From the IMG/VR virus record IMGVR_UViG_2713896773_000025: 32,043 nucleotides of DNA; one strand, written 5' to 3'. The notes under the pieces were generated by a model. It was given only the letters and a program-made list of their open reading frames with translations. It was not told the DNA's origin and did no database searches. The translations under genes were made by a program, and so were the position numbers. Source of the DNA: a virus (taxonomy: Duplodnaviria; Heunggongvirae; Uroviricota; Caudoviricetes). This document shows, one piece after another, positions 8,119 through 16,856 of this stretch (position 1 is its first letter; every line of letters begins with the position of its first letter).

Positions 8119-8497
8119 CCTGATAGGCTTCCCGGCGACCGAGCAGCTTCTTTCTGCTTTTGGTGGCACCACGTTCCCGATAGGTAAAGGCCTCCGCGCT
8201 ATGGGGGCCAGCCGCGCAGCCCTCCTGCGCAATACTATCGGCGATGATAAAACCCAATTACTCATCAAGAATTTCGGCGGAGAAGTTCTCTATTTACCGC
8301 GCTGTGATCGTGCCCTTCGTGAATTACGCAACCGCCGCTTTCTCGCCGAGTTCGCCGAAGTGCGTGAACAAGGTTCATCCTCTCTTATGGCCATGACCTT
8401 TCTTTGCCCTAAGTATGGATTCAGCGATCGTTTTGGATGGCAGTTACTAAGCCAGCACAGACAAAACACATCAATCAATCAACAAGAACTTTTTTAA
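8063..8497 (+). CDS. mor: Mor/C-family transcriptional activator (144 aa)
   Basis: GGEVLYLPR...LRELRNRRFLAEF...YGFSDR resembles the Mor/C core GG.VYIPR...L..DL.I...F.G.N..EL...YG; overlaps the gemA 3' end. Confidence 0.75.
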   Translation: MNLEQVTELLPSAVIQIADLIGFPATEQLLSAFGGTTFPIGKGLRAMGASRAALLRNTIGDDKTQLLIKNFGGEVLYLPRCDRALRELRNRRFLAEFAEVREQGSSSLMAMTFLCPKYGFSDRFGWQLLSQHRQNTSINQQELF

Positions 8498-8510
8498 AAA
8501 GGTAATATAC

Positions 8511-9011
8511 ATGGAGTTTTTAATTGCTTTAATTATATTCGGTGCTTCTGTTGCTGTTTACAAAGATGCTATCACCAATAACATTGCAAGACCTGCCCGT
8601 TGGGGGATTGGTTCAGCATTCATATTCTTCATTGTCATTCCATTGTATCTATTTAAAAGAAAAAAATTAATCGGAAGTGCATTATCAGACTCGGATGATG
8701 CCAGTAGTGTCCAGGGCGGAAAAAATGTTAGCCCCTTATCAGTTTATGTCCTGATGTTCATTTTAGCATTTATTGCCCCAGTGATTAATTTTTACAAAGG
8801 TGATTTACCTGGCTGTGATTCATCCGATGTCCATTCTGTTCTTACAGAGTTGCTGAATGGAGAAAAATTCTCTGAGCCCGCGCAAATGAGTTATGACCGG
8901 GTTAATGCAGTGAGACACTGTAACTTGACTGTTTCTGATAGAGTGTTTTCATATACAGTGAAATGGTACAGTGAAGAGAAAGATCAGTTTGTTGTACAGT
9001 TTGACAACTAA
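8511..9011 (+). CDS. AT-rich membrane protein, candidate moron (166 aa)
   Basis: Three hydrophobic helices plus a roughly 70-aa C-terminal soluble domain; gene is markedly more AT-rich than its neighbours. Confidence 0.6.
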   Translation: MEFLIALIIFGASVAVYKDAITNNIARPARWGIGSAFIFFIVIPLYLFKRKKLIGSALSDSDDASSVQGGKNVSPLSVYVLMFILAFIAPVINFYKGDLPGCDSSDVHSVLTELLNGEKFSEPAQMSYDRVNAVRHCNLTVSDRVFSYTVKWYSEEKDQFVVQFDN

Positions 9012-9013
9012 TT

Positions 9014-9091
9014 CCACTGAACCTCTTCACCTGATTATTCACCTAACCCGATGAAATACTGACGCCATCCCTTTTTAACCGGATGGCGTTA
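9014..9091 (+). promoter_or_regulatory. late-promoter-like element, copy 1: conserved motif CCACTGAACCTCTTCACC (9014..9031) plus hairpin 9060..9091 burying the endolysin start codon
   Basis: Motif is one of three near-identical copies; hairpin arms TGACGCCATCC / GGATGGCGTTA (one G-U pair) with a 10-nt loop; ATG at 9091. Confidence 0.55.
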
Positions 9092-9735
9092 TGCTTTTAA
9101 CACTCCCACAATTTCAGCGTGCAGCAGCTCTTTCGCCAGTGATGGCGCAACGATGGTTTGAACCATTCGGTAAAGCCACCGCTGAATTCGAAATTAATAC
9201 ACCCGCCAGACTTGCCGCCTTTATTGCTCAAACCGGCCATGAAAGCGCGGGTTTCAGTCGGCTCAGTGAAAATCTCTATTACTCTGATGCTGAGCGCGTG
9301 GCGCGTATTTTCCGCAGCGACTTCGATCTCAATAAGAATCGTATTATCGAGCCCTGCGAGATTGAATTTGCCCGACGCTATACCCGTAACCCTGAAAAAA
9401 TGGCGAATTATGTTTACGCAAATCAGGGGGGTAACGGTAATGAAGCATCAGGCGATGGCTGGCGCTTTCGCGGACGTGGCCTGATTCAGATTACCCTGCG
9501 CAATAATTACCGCCTTTGCGGTAAGGCGCTGGGCCTCGATCTCATCGCGAATCCCGATTTGTTACTGGAGTATCTCAACGCAGCCCGCAGCGCTGCCTGG
9601 TACTGGAAGGCAAATGGCTGCAACGAGCTGGCTGACAAAGGCAATTTTCTGGCCGTAACCCGGCGTATCAACCCTCCGGCTGAAGGTCAGGCTGACCGCG
9701 TGGCGCGGCTGAATGTCGCTAAGGCGGCGCTATGA
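9091..9735 (+). CDS. endolysin, glycoside hydrolase family 19 (chitinase-like) type (214 aa)
   Basis: AAFIAQTGHESAGF catalytic-region motif typical of GH19-type phage endolysins; first gene after the late-promoter-like element. Confidence 0.78.
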   Translation: MLLTLPQFQRAAALSPVMAQRWFEPFGKATAEFEINTPARLAAFIAQTGHESAGFSRLSENLYYSDAERVARIFRSDFDLNKNRIIEPCEIEFARRYTRNPEKMANYVYANQGGNGNEASGDGWRFRGRGLIQITLRNNYRLCGKALGLDLIANPDLLLEYLNAARSAAWYWKANGCNELADKGNFLAVTRRINPPAEGQADRVARLNVAKAAL

Positions 9736-9995
9736 AAATATCTCTGCGCGATCTGGTGACGAACCCGGCCACCGGTCGTCTCTCTACGTCAGACACCATC
9801 GTTTTTCTGGCCTTCCTGGTCAGTTCCTTCGTACTGGTCTGGCTCACCGTTACCCGCCCCGAAACTCCTGGTGAGCTGTATCTCACCTATCTGGGCGCGT
9901 GGGTGGCTCAGAGTCAGGCATCAAAACATATGTCCATCAAACGAGCCAGAGAGGTGCGCGATGTGGGAAGCAGCCCAGAAAATCCTGAGGGTTAG
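9732..9995 (+). CDS. single-TM lysis-associated protein, holin-like (87 aa)
   Basis: One hydrophobic helix IVFLAFLVSSFVLVWLTV; located between endolysin and spanin genes; role inferred from position only. Confidence 0.4.
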   Translation: MKISLRDLVTNPATGRLSTSDTIVFLAFLVSSFVLVWLTVTRPETPGELYLTYLGAWVAQSQASKHMSIKRAREVRDVGSSPENPEG

Positions 9996-10593
9996 CTGGA
10001 AACCGCTGCTCGTCGTCGTGGTTCTGGCAGGCTGCGGGATATGGTTCGGCACCTTCCTCACAGGCAACAAGCTGGACGCTCAGGCGCTGGCCTTCAGCCA
10101 GGAGAAGCAACGCCTGACTGATGGTTTCAGTGAAAAAGAACGGCAGTGGGATCAGGAGAGGCTCAGCGCTGCAAATCAGTATGCAGCTGACCTGAAGGCT
10201 GCACTTGATAAGCAGAACGCCTGGCAGCAGAAAGCGGATGCGCTGACCCGCGAGCTGGCTGAAAAGCAAAAGGCACATGACGAGACTGTTCGCGATCTTA
10301 AAAAGAGGCTTAAAGATGCACTTGATAAAGATGGTCCTGGTTATACCGGCATTGGCCCTGGCGGCCTGCAGCTCTTCCGTGAAGCCTTTGGCTACTCAGG
10401 ATCCGAAAGCCACCCCGCTGGTCAGCATCTGCCAGCCACCGCCAGCGGCGCTCCTGGTCATACCGGCCAGACCACAGGCACCGGTGGCGGACTCTCCCCC
10501 ACTGGAATAGTGTCGTTTTCAGCGGAATACGGCGCATGGTGCCAGCTCATTGAGGGCAGGCTGCAGGCAATAAATGAGTATTACAGGAAGTGA
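9961..10593 (+). CDS. i-spanin, Rz-like (210 aa)
   Basis: ATG at 9961 gives a short cytoplasmic N-terminus, a TM helix (PLLVVVVLAGCGIWFGTFL) and a long charged coiled-coil-like periplasmic region; contains an embedded lipoprotein ORF. Confidence 0.7.
   Translation: MWEAAQKILRVSWKPLLVVVVLAGCGIWFGTFLTGNKLDAQALAFSQEKQRLTDGFSEKERQWDQERLSAANQYAADLKAALDKQNAWQQKADALTRELAEKQKAHDETVRDLKKRLKDALDKDGPGYTGIGPGGLQLFREAFGYSGSESHPAGQHLPATASGAPGHTGQTTGTGGGLSPTGIVSFSAEYGAWCQLIEGRLQAINEYYRK
10316..10510 (+). CDS. o-spanin, Rz1-like lipoprotein embedded in +1 frame of the i-spanin (64 aa)
   Basis: MHLIKMVLVIPALALAAC with a lipobox-like LAAC, Pro-rich mature part and a C-terminal-proximal Cys; entirely inside 9961..10593 in another frame. 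Confidence 0.65.
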   Translation: MHLIKMVLVIPALALAACSSSVKPLATQDPKATPLVSICQPPPAALLVIPARPQAPVADSPPLE

Positions 10594-10844
10594 ACAACAT
10601 CATGACTCTTGATATGGCCTTTCAGATTGCGCTGGCGCTGGCTGCAACCTTCGGCACCATCTGGATACGCCGTCTGCAAAAAGACATTACCGACCTGGAA
10701 AAGGCGGTTGATCGCATCCGGGATGAATACCAGCGCCGTGAGGATGCGAAAAGTAACTACACCGCAATGATGGATGCGATGAGGGAGCTGCGAGCGGCTA
10801 TCGAGCGCATTGATAACAAACTGGACAGGAAACAGGACAAATGA
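10590..10844 (+). CDS. small membrane/coiled-coil protein, Mu-family (84 aa)
   Basis: N-terminal hydrophobic helix then charged helical region; ATGA-type overlap with the i-spanin stop. Confidence 0.5.
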   Translation: MNNIMTLDMAFQIALALAATFGTIWIRRLQKDITDLEKAVDRIRDEYQRREDAKSNYTAMMDAMRELRAAIERIDNKLDRKQDK

Positions 10845-11125
10845 AAGCCAGACATAAGCGCAGAACCCGCCGCGCGACAATCAGCCAGAGCGAGCAGGAA
10901 ACGCTGAGCCGGATTTCCGCTCAGCTCGAACGCCTGCAGGCCCCCGTCAGCCCGGACATTCTGGGCGGGATTAATGACAAGCTGAGCCGGATTGATGTTC
11001 GCCTCACGACCATCAGCGACGATGCGGCTCGCCGTGGTGCGTCTGCCGGTGCGATTACGGGTGGAATTGCAGGCGGTGTCATCACGGTGGCGATTCTGCT
11101 CATTCGCGCAAAACTGGAGCTGTGA
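10841..11125 (+). CDS. small protein with C-terminal TM helix (94 aa)
   Basis: Basic N-terminus, Gly/Ala-rich C-terminal hydrophobic segment AGAITGGIAGGVITVAILLI; start overlaps upstream stop. Confidence 0.5.
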   Translation: MKARHKRRTRRATISQSEQETLSRISAQLERLQAPVSPDILGGINDKLSRIDVRLTTISDDAARRGASAGAITGGIAGGVITVAILLIRAKLEL

Positions 11126-11126
11126 T

Positions 11127-11627
11127 ATGGCGCATCCGCAGGAAACACGGGAAAAACTGCGACGATCTTATATCTTCGGCCAGATGTCGCTTGAAATCGC
11201 ATCCGCTCAGGCTGGCGTGGCATTTGCGACAGCTCGCCGCTGGAAGAAGGAAGCCCAGGACGCAGGCGATGACTGGGATAAGTTACGCGCCGCACACCTT
11301 ATGGCCGGGAATGGGCTTGAAGAGATTGGCCGCGCCATTCTCACCGGGTTAATGACCCAGTATCAGACCACGCTGGAACTGCTCACAACCGAGTCTCAGC
11401 TCCCTCCGGGAGAGCGCGTCGAGCTTCTGGCAAGCCTTGCCGATGCATTTAACAAAGCCGTCGCAGCCAACAAGAAAATACTGCCGGAGGTGAGTCAGCT
11501 GGCGGTAGCGTTGGATGTTATCCAGAAGCTCAGCGCGTTTGTTGCAGAGCACTATCCGAAGCACCTGGCGGCATTCGTTGAGATCCTTGAACCATTCGGC
11601 AAGGAAATGGAACAACACTATGGCTGA
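11127..11627 (+). CDS. Mu gp27-like protein (DUF1804-like), putative small terminase component (166 aa)
   Basis: ATG at 11127 two nt after upstream stop; HTH-like N-terminus; position immediately upstream of the large terminase. Confidence 0.55.
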   Translation: MAHPQETREKLRRSYIFGQMSLEIASAQAGVAFATARRWKKEAQDAGDDWDKLRAAHLMAGNGLEEIGRAILTGLMTQYQTTLELLTTESQLPPGERVELLASLADAFNKAVAANKKILPEVSQLAVALDVIQKLSAFVAEHYPKHLAAFVEILEPFGKEMEQHYG

Positions 11628-11826
11628 CCAGTTAATCCGGGTTAACAGTGAAATTTTTGTGATGGCCAGTGACGTGCTGGGGATCCGGTTCGCGGGCGGT
11701 AGAAACGTAACCGTCGCGACGTCGACAGGCTGCTACAGCCTCGACGTTGAACGAGATAAAACCGGCATCGAGTCGATGAACCGCTTTATCAGCGAGGTTA
11801 ATAAAGCCCTCCGTAATCACCATTAA
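11620..11826 (+). CDS. hypothetical small protein (68 aa)
   Basis: ATG at 11620 overlapping upstream gene; no family recognised. Confidence 0.4.
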   Translation: MADQLIRVNSEIFVMASDVLGIRFAGGRNVTVATSTGCYSLDVERDKTGIESMNRFISEVNKALRNHH

Positions 11827-11850
11827 CAGGCTGTTAAGGGCAAATTAATC

Positions 11851-13500
11851 ATGGCCAGAACTAAGTTATCCAGCAAAGATTTTCTTGCCGAACTGGCGGA
11901 ACTTTCCGCCAGTCTTCGTCGCACCATTGAAGCGGAAGATGTGGGCTTTGACCCCTCTGCTGCTGCTGTCGCTGCGCGTCGTGGCCTTGTCGCTGACCCT
12001 GTAACGGGGTTTGAGTACTTTGTGCAGCATTATTTTCCGCACTATGTCCGCCATGCTGCCCGCAGCGAACTGCATAACTATCTCTACAAGCGCCTGCCTG
12101 AAATCATCCAGGCCACGGGGAGCCAGAACGATGCAATAGCGGCTCCCCGTGGTGAAGCCAAATCCACCATCGTGAGTCAGCTTTTTGTCATCTGGTGCAT
12201 TGTGCTGGCGCTCAAGCATTACCCGGTCATCATTATGGACTCCATCGACCAGGCCTATCCGATGCTGGAGGCGATAAAGGCGGAACTGCAGTTTAACCCC
12301 CGTCTGCTGATGGACTTTCCTGAAGCGACGGGCGGTGGCCGCGTCTGGCAGGCCGGGACAATTCTCACCCGCAACGACATTAAGGTGCAGGTCGCCGGTA
12401 GTGGAAAAAAGCTGCGTGGCCTGCGCCATGGCCCGTATCGTCCTGACCTGGCTGTGCTCGATGATATCGAGAACGACGAGCTGGTGCGTAACCCTGAGCA
12501 GCGTGACAAGCTCGATAACTGGCTCAAAAAAACCGTCCTGCCGCTCGGTGGTGCGGGGGCCAAGTTCGATGTGGTGTATATCGGGACAATCCTGCACTAC
12601 GATTCCGTGCTTTCCCGCACCCTTAAAAATCCGCTATGGACGCGGGCCCGGTTCAAAGCGCTCATCAGCTGGCCGCACAATATGTCGCTGTGGGATAAAT
12701 GGGAAGAGATCCTGCGCAACAACGATGAAGATGGTCAGGTTCTGGCGCAGGCATATTACCGTGAGCATCAGGCTGAGATGGATGAAGGAGCTGTTGTTTC
12801 ATGGGCTGCGCGTCCGCTTTATGCATTGATGCTCATCCGCGCCCGTGATGGCCACAGTACCTTTGATGCGGAATATCAGAACGATCCCGTCAGCGGCGAA
12901 GATGCGCCATTTACCGGCTGCATTAACTTCTGGGTCAACCGCCTTAACGAGTGGCGCTTCTATGGCGCATGTGACCCCAGCCTGGGTAAACACGGTAACA
13001 GCCGCGACCCTTCCGCATTACTGGTCGGTGGCTTCAACCGCTTCACCGGCATTCTGGATGTGGTCGAAGCGCGTATCCGTAAGCGTGTGCCGGACAAAAT
13101 TATCTCTGACGTTATCGAGCTGCAGCGGGAATATAACTGTCTGGTCTGGGCGGTCGAGTCCGTCCAGTTCCAGGAGTTCCTGCGCACCGAACTGGTGAAG
13201 CGCTCCGCTGCGATGGGTATCCCCGTTCCTGCCAGGGCCGTCACGCCTTCGGTTGATAAGCTCCTGCGCATTGAGTCACTGCAGCCACATATGGCCAACG
13301 GCCTGATACGACTGCACCCTTCCCAGACAACACTTATCGACCAGCTCCGGCATTTCCCCAAAGCTGACCATGATGACGGGCCAGATGCCCTGCATATGCT
13401 CTGGATGCTGGCCGTTTCCGGCGCTGGTAATTTTGAATTTAAAGCTGTTCCCCGTCGTGGCCATAGCGGAGACAGGTTCGGTCCTTCAGGAGGATTTTGA
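11851..13500 (+). CDS. terminase large subunit, Mu gp28-like (549 aa)
   Basis: Size, position before the portal and a Walker B-like LAVLDDIEND segment followed by a nuclease-like C-terminal half. Confidence 0.88.
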   Translation: MARTKLSSKDFLAELAELSASLRRTIEAEDVGFDPSAAAVAARRGLVADPVTGFEYFVQHYFPHYVRHAARSELHNYLYKRLPEIIQATGSQNDAIAAPRGEAKSTIVSQLFVIWCIVLALKHYPVIIMDSIDQAYPMLEAIKAELQFNPRLLMDFPEATGGGRVWQAGTILTRNDIKVQVAGSGKKLRGLRHGPYRPDLAVLDDIENDELVRNPEQRDKLDNWLKKTVLPLGGAGAKFDVVYIGTILHYDSVLSRTLKNPLWTRARFKALISWPHNMSLWDKWEEILRNNDEDGQVLAQAYYREHQAEMDEGAVVSWAARPLYALMLIRARDGHSTFDAEYQNDPVSGEDAPFTGCINFWVNRLNEWRFYGACDPSLGKHGNSRDPSALLVGGFNRFTGILDVVEARIRKRVPDKIISDVIELQREYNCLVWAVESVQFQEFLRTELVKRSAAMGIPVPARAVTPSVDKLLRIESLQPHMANGLIRLHPSQTTLIDQLRHFPKADHDDGPDALHMLWMLAVSGAGNFEFKAVPRRGHSGDRFGPSGGF

Positions 13501-13502
13501 TA

Positions 13503-15071
13503 ATGGTTCAGATTCTTGACCAGTATGGTCGCCCGCTTAATAAAGAGGTGCTTAAAGCCCCCCAGACCTCCCGCACGTTCGAGCTTCAGCGCGACTGGCC
13601 AACTCACCCCTCGCGGGGTATGACCATTGCCCGTCTTCCTCGTTTGCTTGAAGCGGCTGAGCGCGGCGATCTGGCGGCTCAGGCTGACCTCTTCGAAGAT
13701 ATGGTTGAGCGGGACGGGCATATTTTTTCCGAAATGGCCAAGCGCAAGAATGCGCTGCTTACTCTGGACTGGAGCATCGAGCCACCGCCGAACGCGACGG
13801 CGGAAGAAAAGCAGATCGCCGCGATGGTGGCCAGCTGGTTCGCTGACCTTCAGGAAATGGAAGATATTACCCTGAACGCGGCGGAAGCTATCGGGCATGG
13901 TTTTTCTGCTCAGGAGATTGAAAAGTGGGAACTTGACGGCAATCTGTGGTTGCCCGTCAAAATCAAACTGCGTCCGCATCGCTGGTTCTGTACCACGCCG
14001 GAAGCCGGGGACGAGGTGCGTCTTAACACCGGCACGCTGGGTGGAGAAGAGCTCTGGCCGTTTGGCTGGCTGGTGCATACGCACAACGCCAAGTCAGGTT
14101 ATATCGCGCAGTCAGGGTTATACCGCGTGCTGGTCTGGCCGTATCTGTTTAAAAACTACAGCGTTCGAGATCTCGCTGAGTTCCTTGAAATCTACGGACT
14201 GCCGCCGCGTATCGGGTCGTATATGTCCGGGGCCAGCCAGGATGAGCAGGATAAACTCATGGAAGCGCTGGTCAGTATCGGTCATAACGCATCGGGGATT
14301 ATTCCTGACAACACCAAAATCGAATTTAAGGATGCCGCCGAGGGGCAGTCTGATCCTTTCATGGCGATGATTAACTGGTGCGAGCGTACCGAATCAAAGG
14401 TCATTCTCGGCGGCACGCTGACGTCACAGGCGGACGGTAAGTCCTCAACAAACGCCCTTGGTAATGTGCATAACGAAGTCCGTCACGATCTCCTGACCGC
14501 TGATGCCCGACAGCTGGAAGGGTTTTATCGAGGTTTCATTCGTATGTTACTGGCCATTAATGGTTATAACGTCAGCCCGCGCCGTCAGCCGCGTCTGGTA
14601 TTTGATACCCGCGAGCTGGAGAGCATTGAAACCTTCGCCAATGGTGTTTCCGCACTGGTACGCGCCGGGATGGACACTATCCCGACCTCATGGATACACA
14701 AAAAGGTCGGGATTCCGGTACCAAAAGATAACGAAGCTGTGCTGACGCCGCCTGCTGCACCCTCTCCGGTGGGGCTGAGCACCACGCCGGTATTCCGCCA
14801 TTTCACGGCACTCAGCACCACGGGTGAGGTTATTGACCCTGCGCAGGATGCGCTGGACAGCGCCACATCGCCAGGGGAGAGCATCGCGGTGGCCATGGAT
14901 AAGCTGATTGCGCCGCTGGTCTCGGCTCTGAGCAAGGGGCAAAGCCCTGATGAGGCACTGGATATCATTGCTGCGAGTTATCCTCAGCTGGATGATGCGC
15001 AGCTGCAACAGCTGATAAAGCAGGCGCTGTTTGTCAGCGAGGTCTGGGGGCGACTCAATGCCGAAAGCTGA
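13503..15071 (+). CDS. portal protein, Mu H/gp29-like (DUF935 family) (522 aa)
   Basis: ATG at 13503 just after the terminase stop (track uses a TTG at 13497); size and position match the Mu portal. Confidence 0.85.
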   Translation: MVQILDQYGRPLNKEVLKAPQTSRTFELQRDWPTHPSRGMTIARLPRLLEAAERGDLAAQADLFEDMVERDGHIFSEMAKRKNALLTLDWSIEPPPNATAEEKQIAAMVASWFADLQEMEDITLNAAEAIGHGFSAQEIEKWELDGNLWLPVKIKLRPHRWFCTTPEAGDEVRLNTGTLGGEELWPFGWLVHTHNAKSGYIAQSGLYRVLVWPYLFKNYSVRDLAEFLEIYGLPPRIGSYMSGASQDEQDKLMEALVSIGHNASGIIPDNTKIEFKDAAEGQSDPFMAMINWCERTESKVILGGTLTSQADGKSSTNALGNVHNEVRHDLLTADARQLEGFYRGFIRMLLAINGYNVSPRRQPRLVFDTRELESIETFANGVSALVRAGMDTIPTSWIHKKVGIPVPKDNEAVLTPPAAPSPVGLSTTPVFRHFTALSTTGEVIDPAQDALDSATSPGESIAVAMDKLIAPLVSALSKGQSPDEALDIIAASYPQLDDAQLQQLIKQALFVSEVWGRLNAES

Positions 15072-16317
15072 TGTTGATCTGGGGTACGCCATCGGGTTAA
15101 AGCCCGAAGAAGCGATAGCCTACTTTGAGTCGAAGGGCTACACCACCGGCTTTAACTGGCACGATGTTGAAGCCCGCGCCCACGCCACCAGTTTCACCGT
15201 GGCGGGCGTCCTTAAACAGGATGTGCTTGAGGATATTCATCAATCGCTGCGCGAGCATATTGTTAACGGCGGCACGCTCCGGGACTTCGAACGGCAGATT
15301 ACCCCAACGTTGATCCGTAAGGGCTGGCTTGCCGACCGTGCCAGGCTGGTCGCCGATGAAGATGGTGTACTGGAGGGTAAACAACTTACGCCACGCCGTC
15401 TGCGCACCATCTTTGAAACCAATATGCAGGCGGCGTATGGTGCCGGTCGCTATGCGGAGCAGATGGCCAACGCGGAGTTTCGCCCCATATGGGAACGCGT
15501 GGCCGTCATGGATATGCACACCCGGCCACTCCACGCCAGGCTCAATGGTTTCACTGCCCGCTATGACGATCCTGTGTGGCAGTTCATGTACCCGCCTGAC
15601 GGATACCACTGCCGGTGCCGCATTCGCGCCAGAACCCAGGCGGATGCTGACCGCATGGGGATTGAGGTCAAATCGTGGGAGCAGGACATTGTCACGGTAC
15701 AACAGGCATGGGGACCAAAAGAAACCCGTGACGTTAAGGCGTTACGCTTCAACGGCGAGCTTTACACGCCTGATGCCGGATTCGGGCACAATCCGGGTCA
15801 GGGCTGGCTCTCTTCTCTCGGACAGCGCCTTATGAATAAATCTGCAACCACCACGCCCCGGATTGCCTCTCAGGCCATCCATGAAACACTGTCTGAACCT
15901 GCAGTGCTGGATGCCGTCAGTGATGATGTGCGTCGCTGGGTCGACACCGTCAGCGTGCGGCAGAAGACCCGTGGCGACCTGAGGCGCGTTGGCGGTATCC
16001 AGCCTGAGCTGCTGAATCGCCTCGAAGAGCGTGGTGTTAACGGTGCGATCACATTAAGCATTCACGAAGAGGATGTCCGGCTGGCTCCAGGCCCGATGTG
16101 GTCAGAGCTTCCCGTTCTGCTACGTCAGCCAGCGGGTGTCTGGCTTGATGATGATGCTCTGGTGTGGCTCCTCTCCGGGCAGAACGGTATCCGCGCGGTG
16201 CGTGGTGTGCAGTCTGACAATGGCTGGCGTCTGTCGCTGATGAACGCCGGTGCCACCGTCACTCCTGGTGATGTGTTATCTGAACGCGCGACGCAGCTGC
16301 TGGAGCTGAAATCATGA
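15058..16317 (+). CDS. Mu F-like head morphogenesis / minor head protein (419 aa)
   Basis: Follows the portal with overlapping start (ATG at 15058); size fits the Mu F family. Confidence 0.78.
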   Translation: MPKADVDLGYAIGLKPEEAIAYFESKGYTTGFNWHDVEARAHATSFTVAGVLKQDVLEDIHQSLREHIVNGGTLRDFERQITPTLIRKGWLADRARLVADEDGVLEGKQLTPRRLRTIFETNMQAAYGAGRYAEQMANAEFRPIWERVAVMDMHTRPLHARLNGFTARYDDPVWQFMYPPDGYHCRCRIRARTQADADRMGIEVKSWEQDIVTVQQAWGPKETRDVKALRFNGELYTPDAGFGHNPGQGWLSSLGQRLMNKSATTTPRIASQAIHETLSEPAVLDAVSDDVRRWVDTVSVRQKTRGDLRRVGGIQPELLNRLEERGVNGAITLSIHEEDVRLAPGPMWSELPVLLRQPAGVWLDDDALVWLLSGQNGIRAVRGVQSDNGWRLSLMNAGATVTPGDVLSERATQLLELKS

Positions 16318-16856
16318 GTTACGCCATCAGGTATGACATTGGTGACTTTGAGCGTTCACTCGGTGAACTCATTAAAAAGCTGGAAAACCGCGCCCCCCTG
16401 ATGCGCGAGATGGCCGCTGCCATGGGCGATGCCGTCGAAGAAAACTTCGCGCAACAGGGGCGCCCCGCATGGATGGGCTGGAGCCCGGCATACGCCCGTC
16501 AGCGCCGGGGCGGTAAAATTCTCCAGAAGAGCGGTCGACTGGCGGCAAGTATCACCCAGTACAGCACGAATGATGAAGCGACGGTCGGGACCAATGTGAA
16601 ATACGCCCGCATCCACCAGGAAGGCGGGGAAATCAGCATTCCGGCCCGCAGTCAGAAAGCCTGGTACCGCCAGAAAAAGGATGGTTCAGTGGGTAACCGG
16701 TTCGTTAAAAAATCCCGCTCCAACTTTGAGCAGTGGAACACTATCGGGGCGTATAAAATTAGGATGCCCGCGCGTCCTTTCCTGCATCTCACCGAAGATG
16801 ACGTGGAGAAGATGGAGAATACGGCTGAGCAGTATCTGAAACGTATTTTAGACTGA
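16314..16856 (+). CDS. Mu G-like virion morphogenesis protein (180 aa)
   Basis: ATGA overlap with F-like gene; size and position match Mu G. Confidence 0.72.
   Translation: MSYAIRYDIGDFERSLGELIKKLENRAPLMREMAAAMGDAVEENFAQQGRPAWMGWSPAYARQRRGGKILQKSGRLAASITQYSTNDEATVGTNVKYARIHQEGGEISIPARSQKAWYRQKKDGSVGNRFVKKSRSNFEQWNTIGAYKIRMPARPFLHLTEDDVEKMENTAEQYLKRILD

Noticed and set aside
9158-9484. 108-aa alternative-frame ORF inside the endolysin gene
   Set aside because: Out-of-frame overlap with a confidently assigned endolysin; no supporting signals.
10277-10510. Longer o-spanin starting at the upstream ATG at 10277
   Set aside because: The lipoprotein signal sequence begins at the ATG at 10316; the 13 extra N-terminal residues would place the lipobox too far from the N-terminus. 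The shorter start is preferred but not proven.
12960-14084. 374-aa minus-strand ORF overlapping the terminase and portal genes
   Set aside because: Lies antisense to two well-supported plus-strand structural genes; Pro/Arg/Ser-rich low-complexity translation typical of shadow ORFs in GC-rich DNA.
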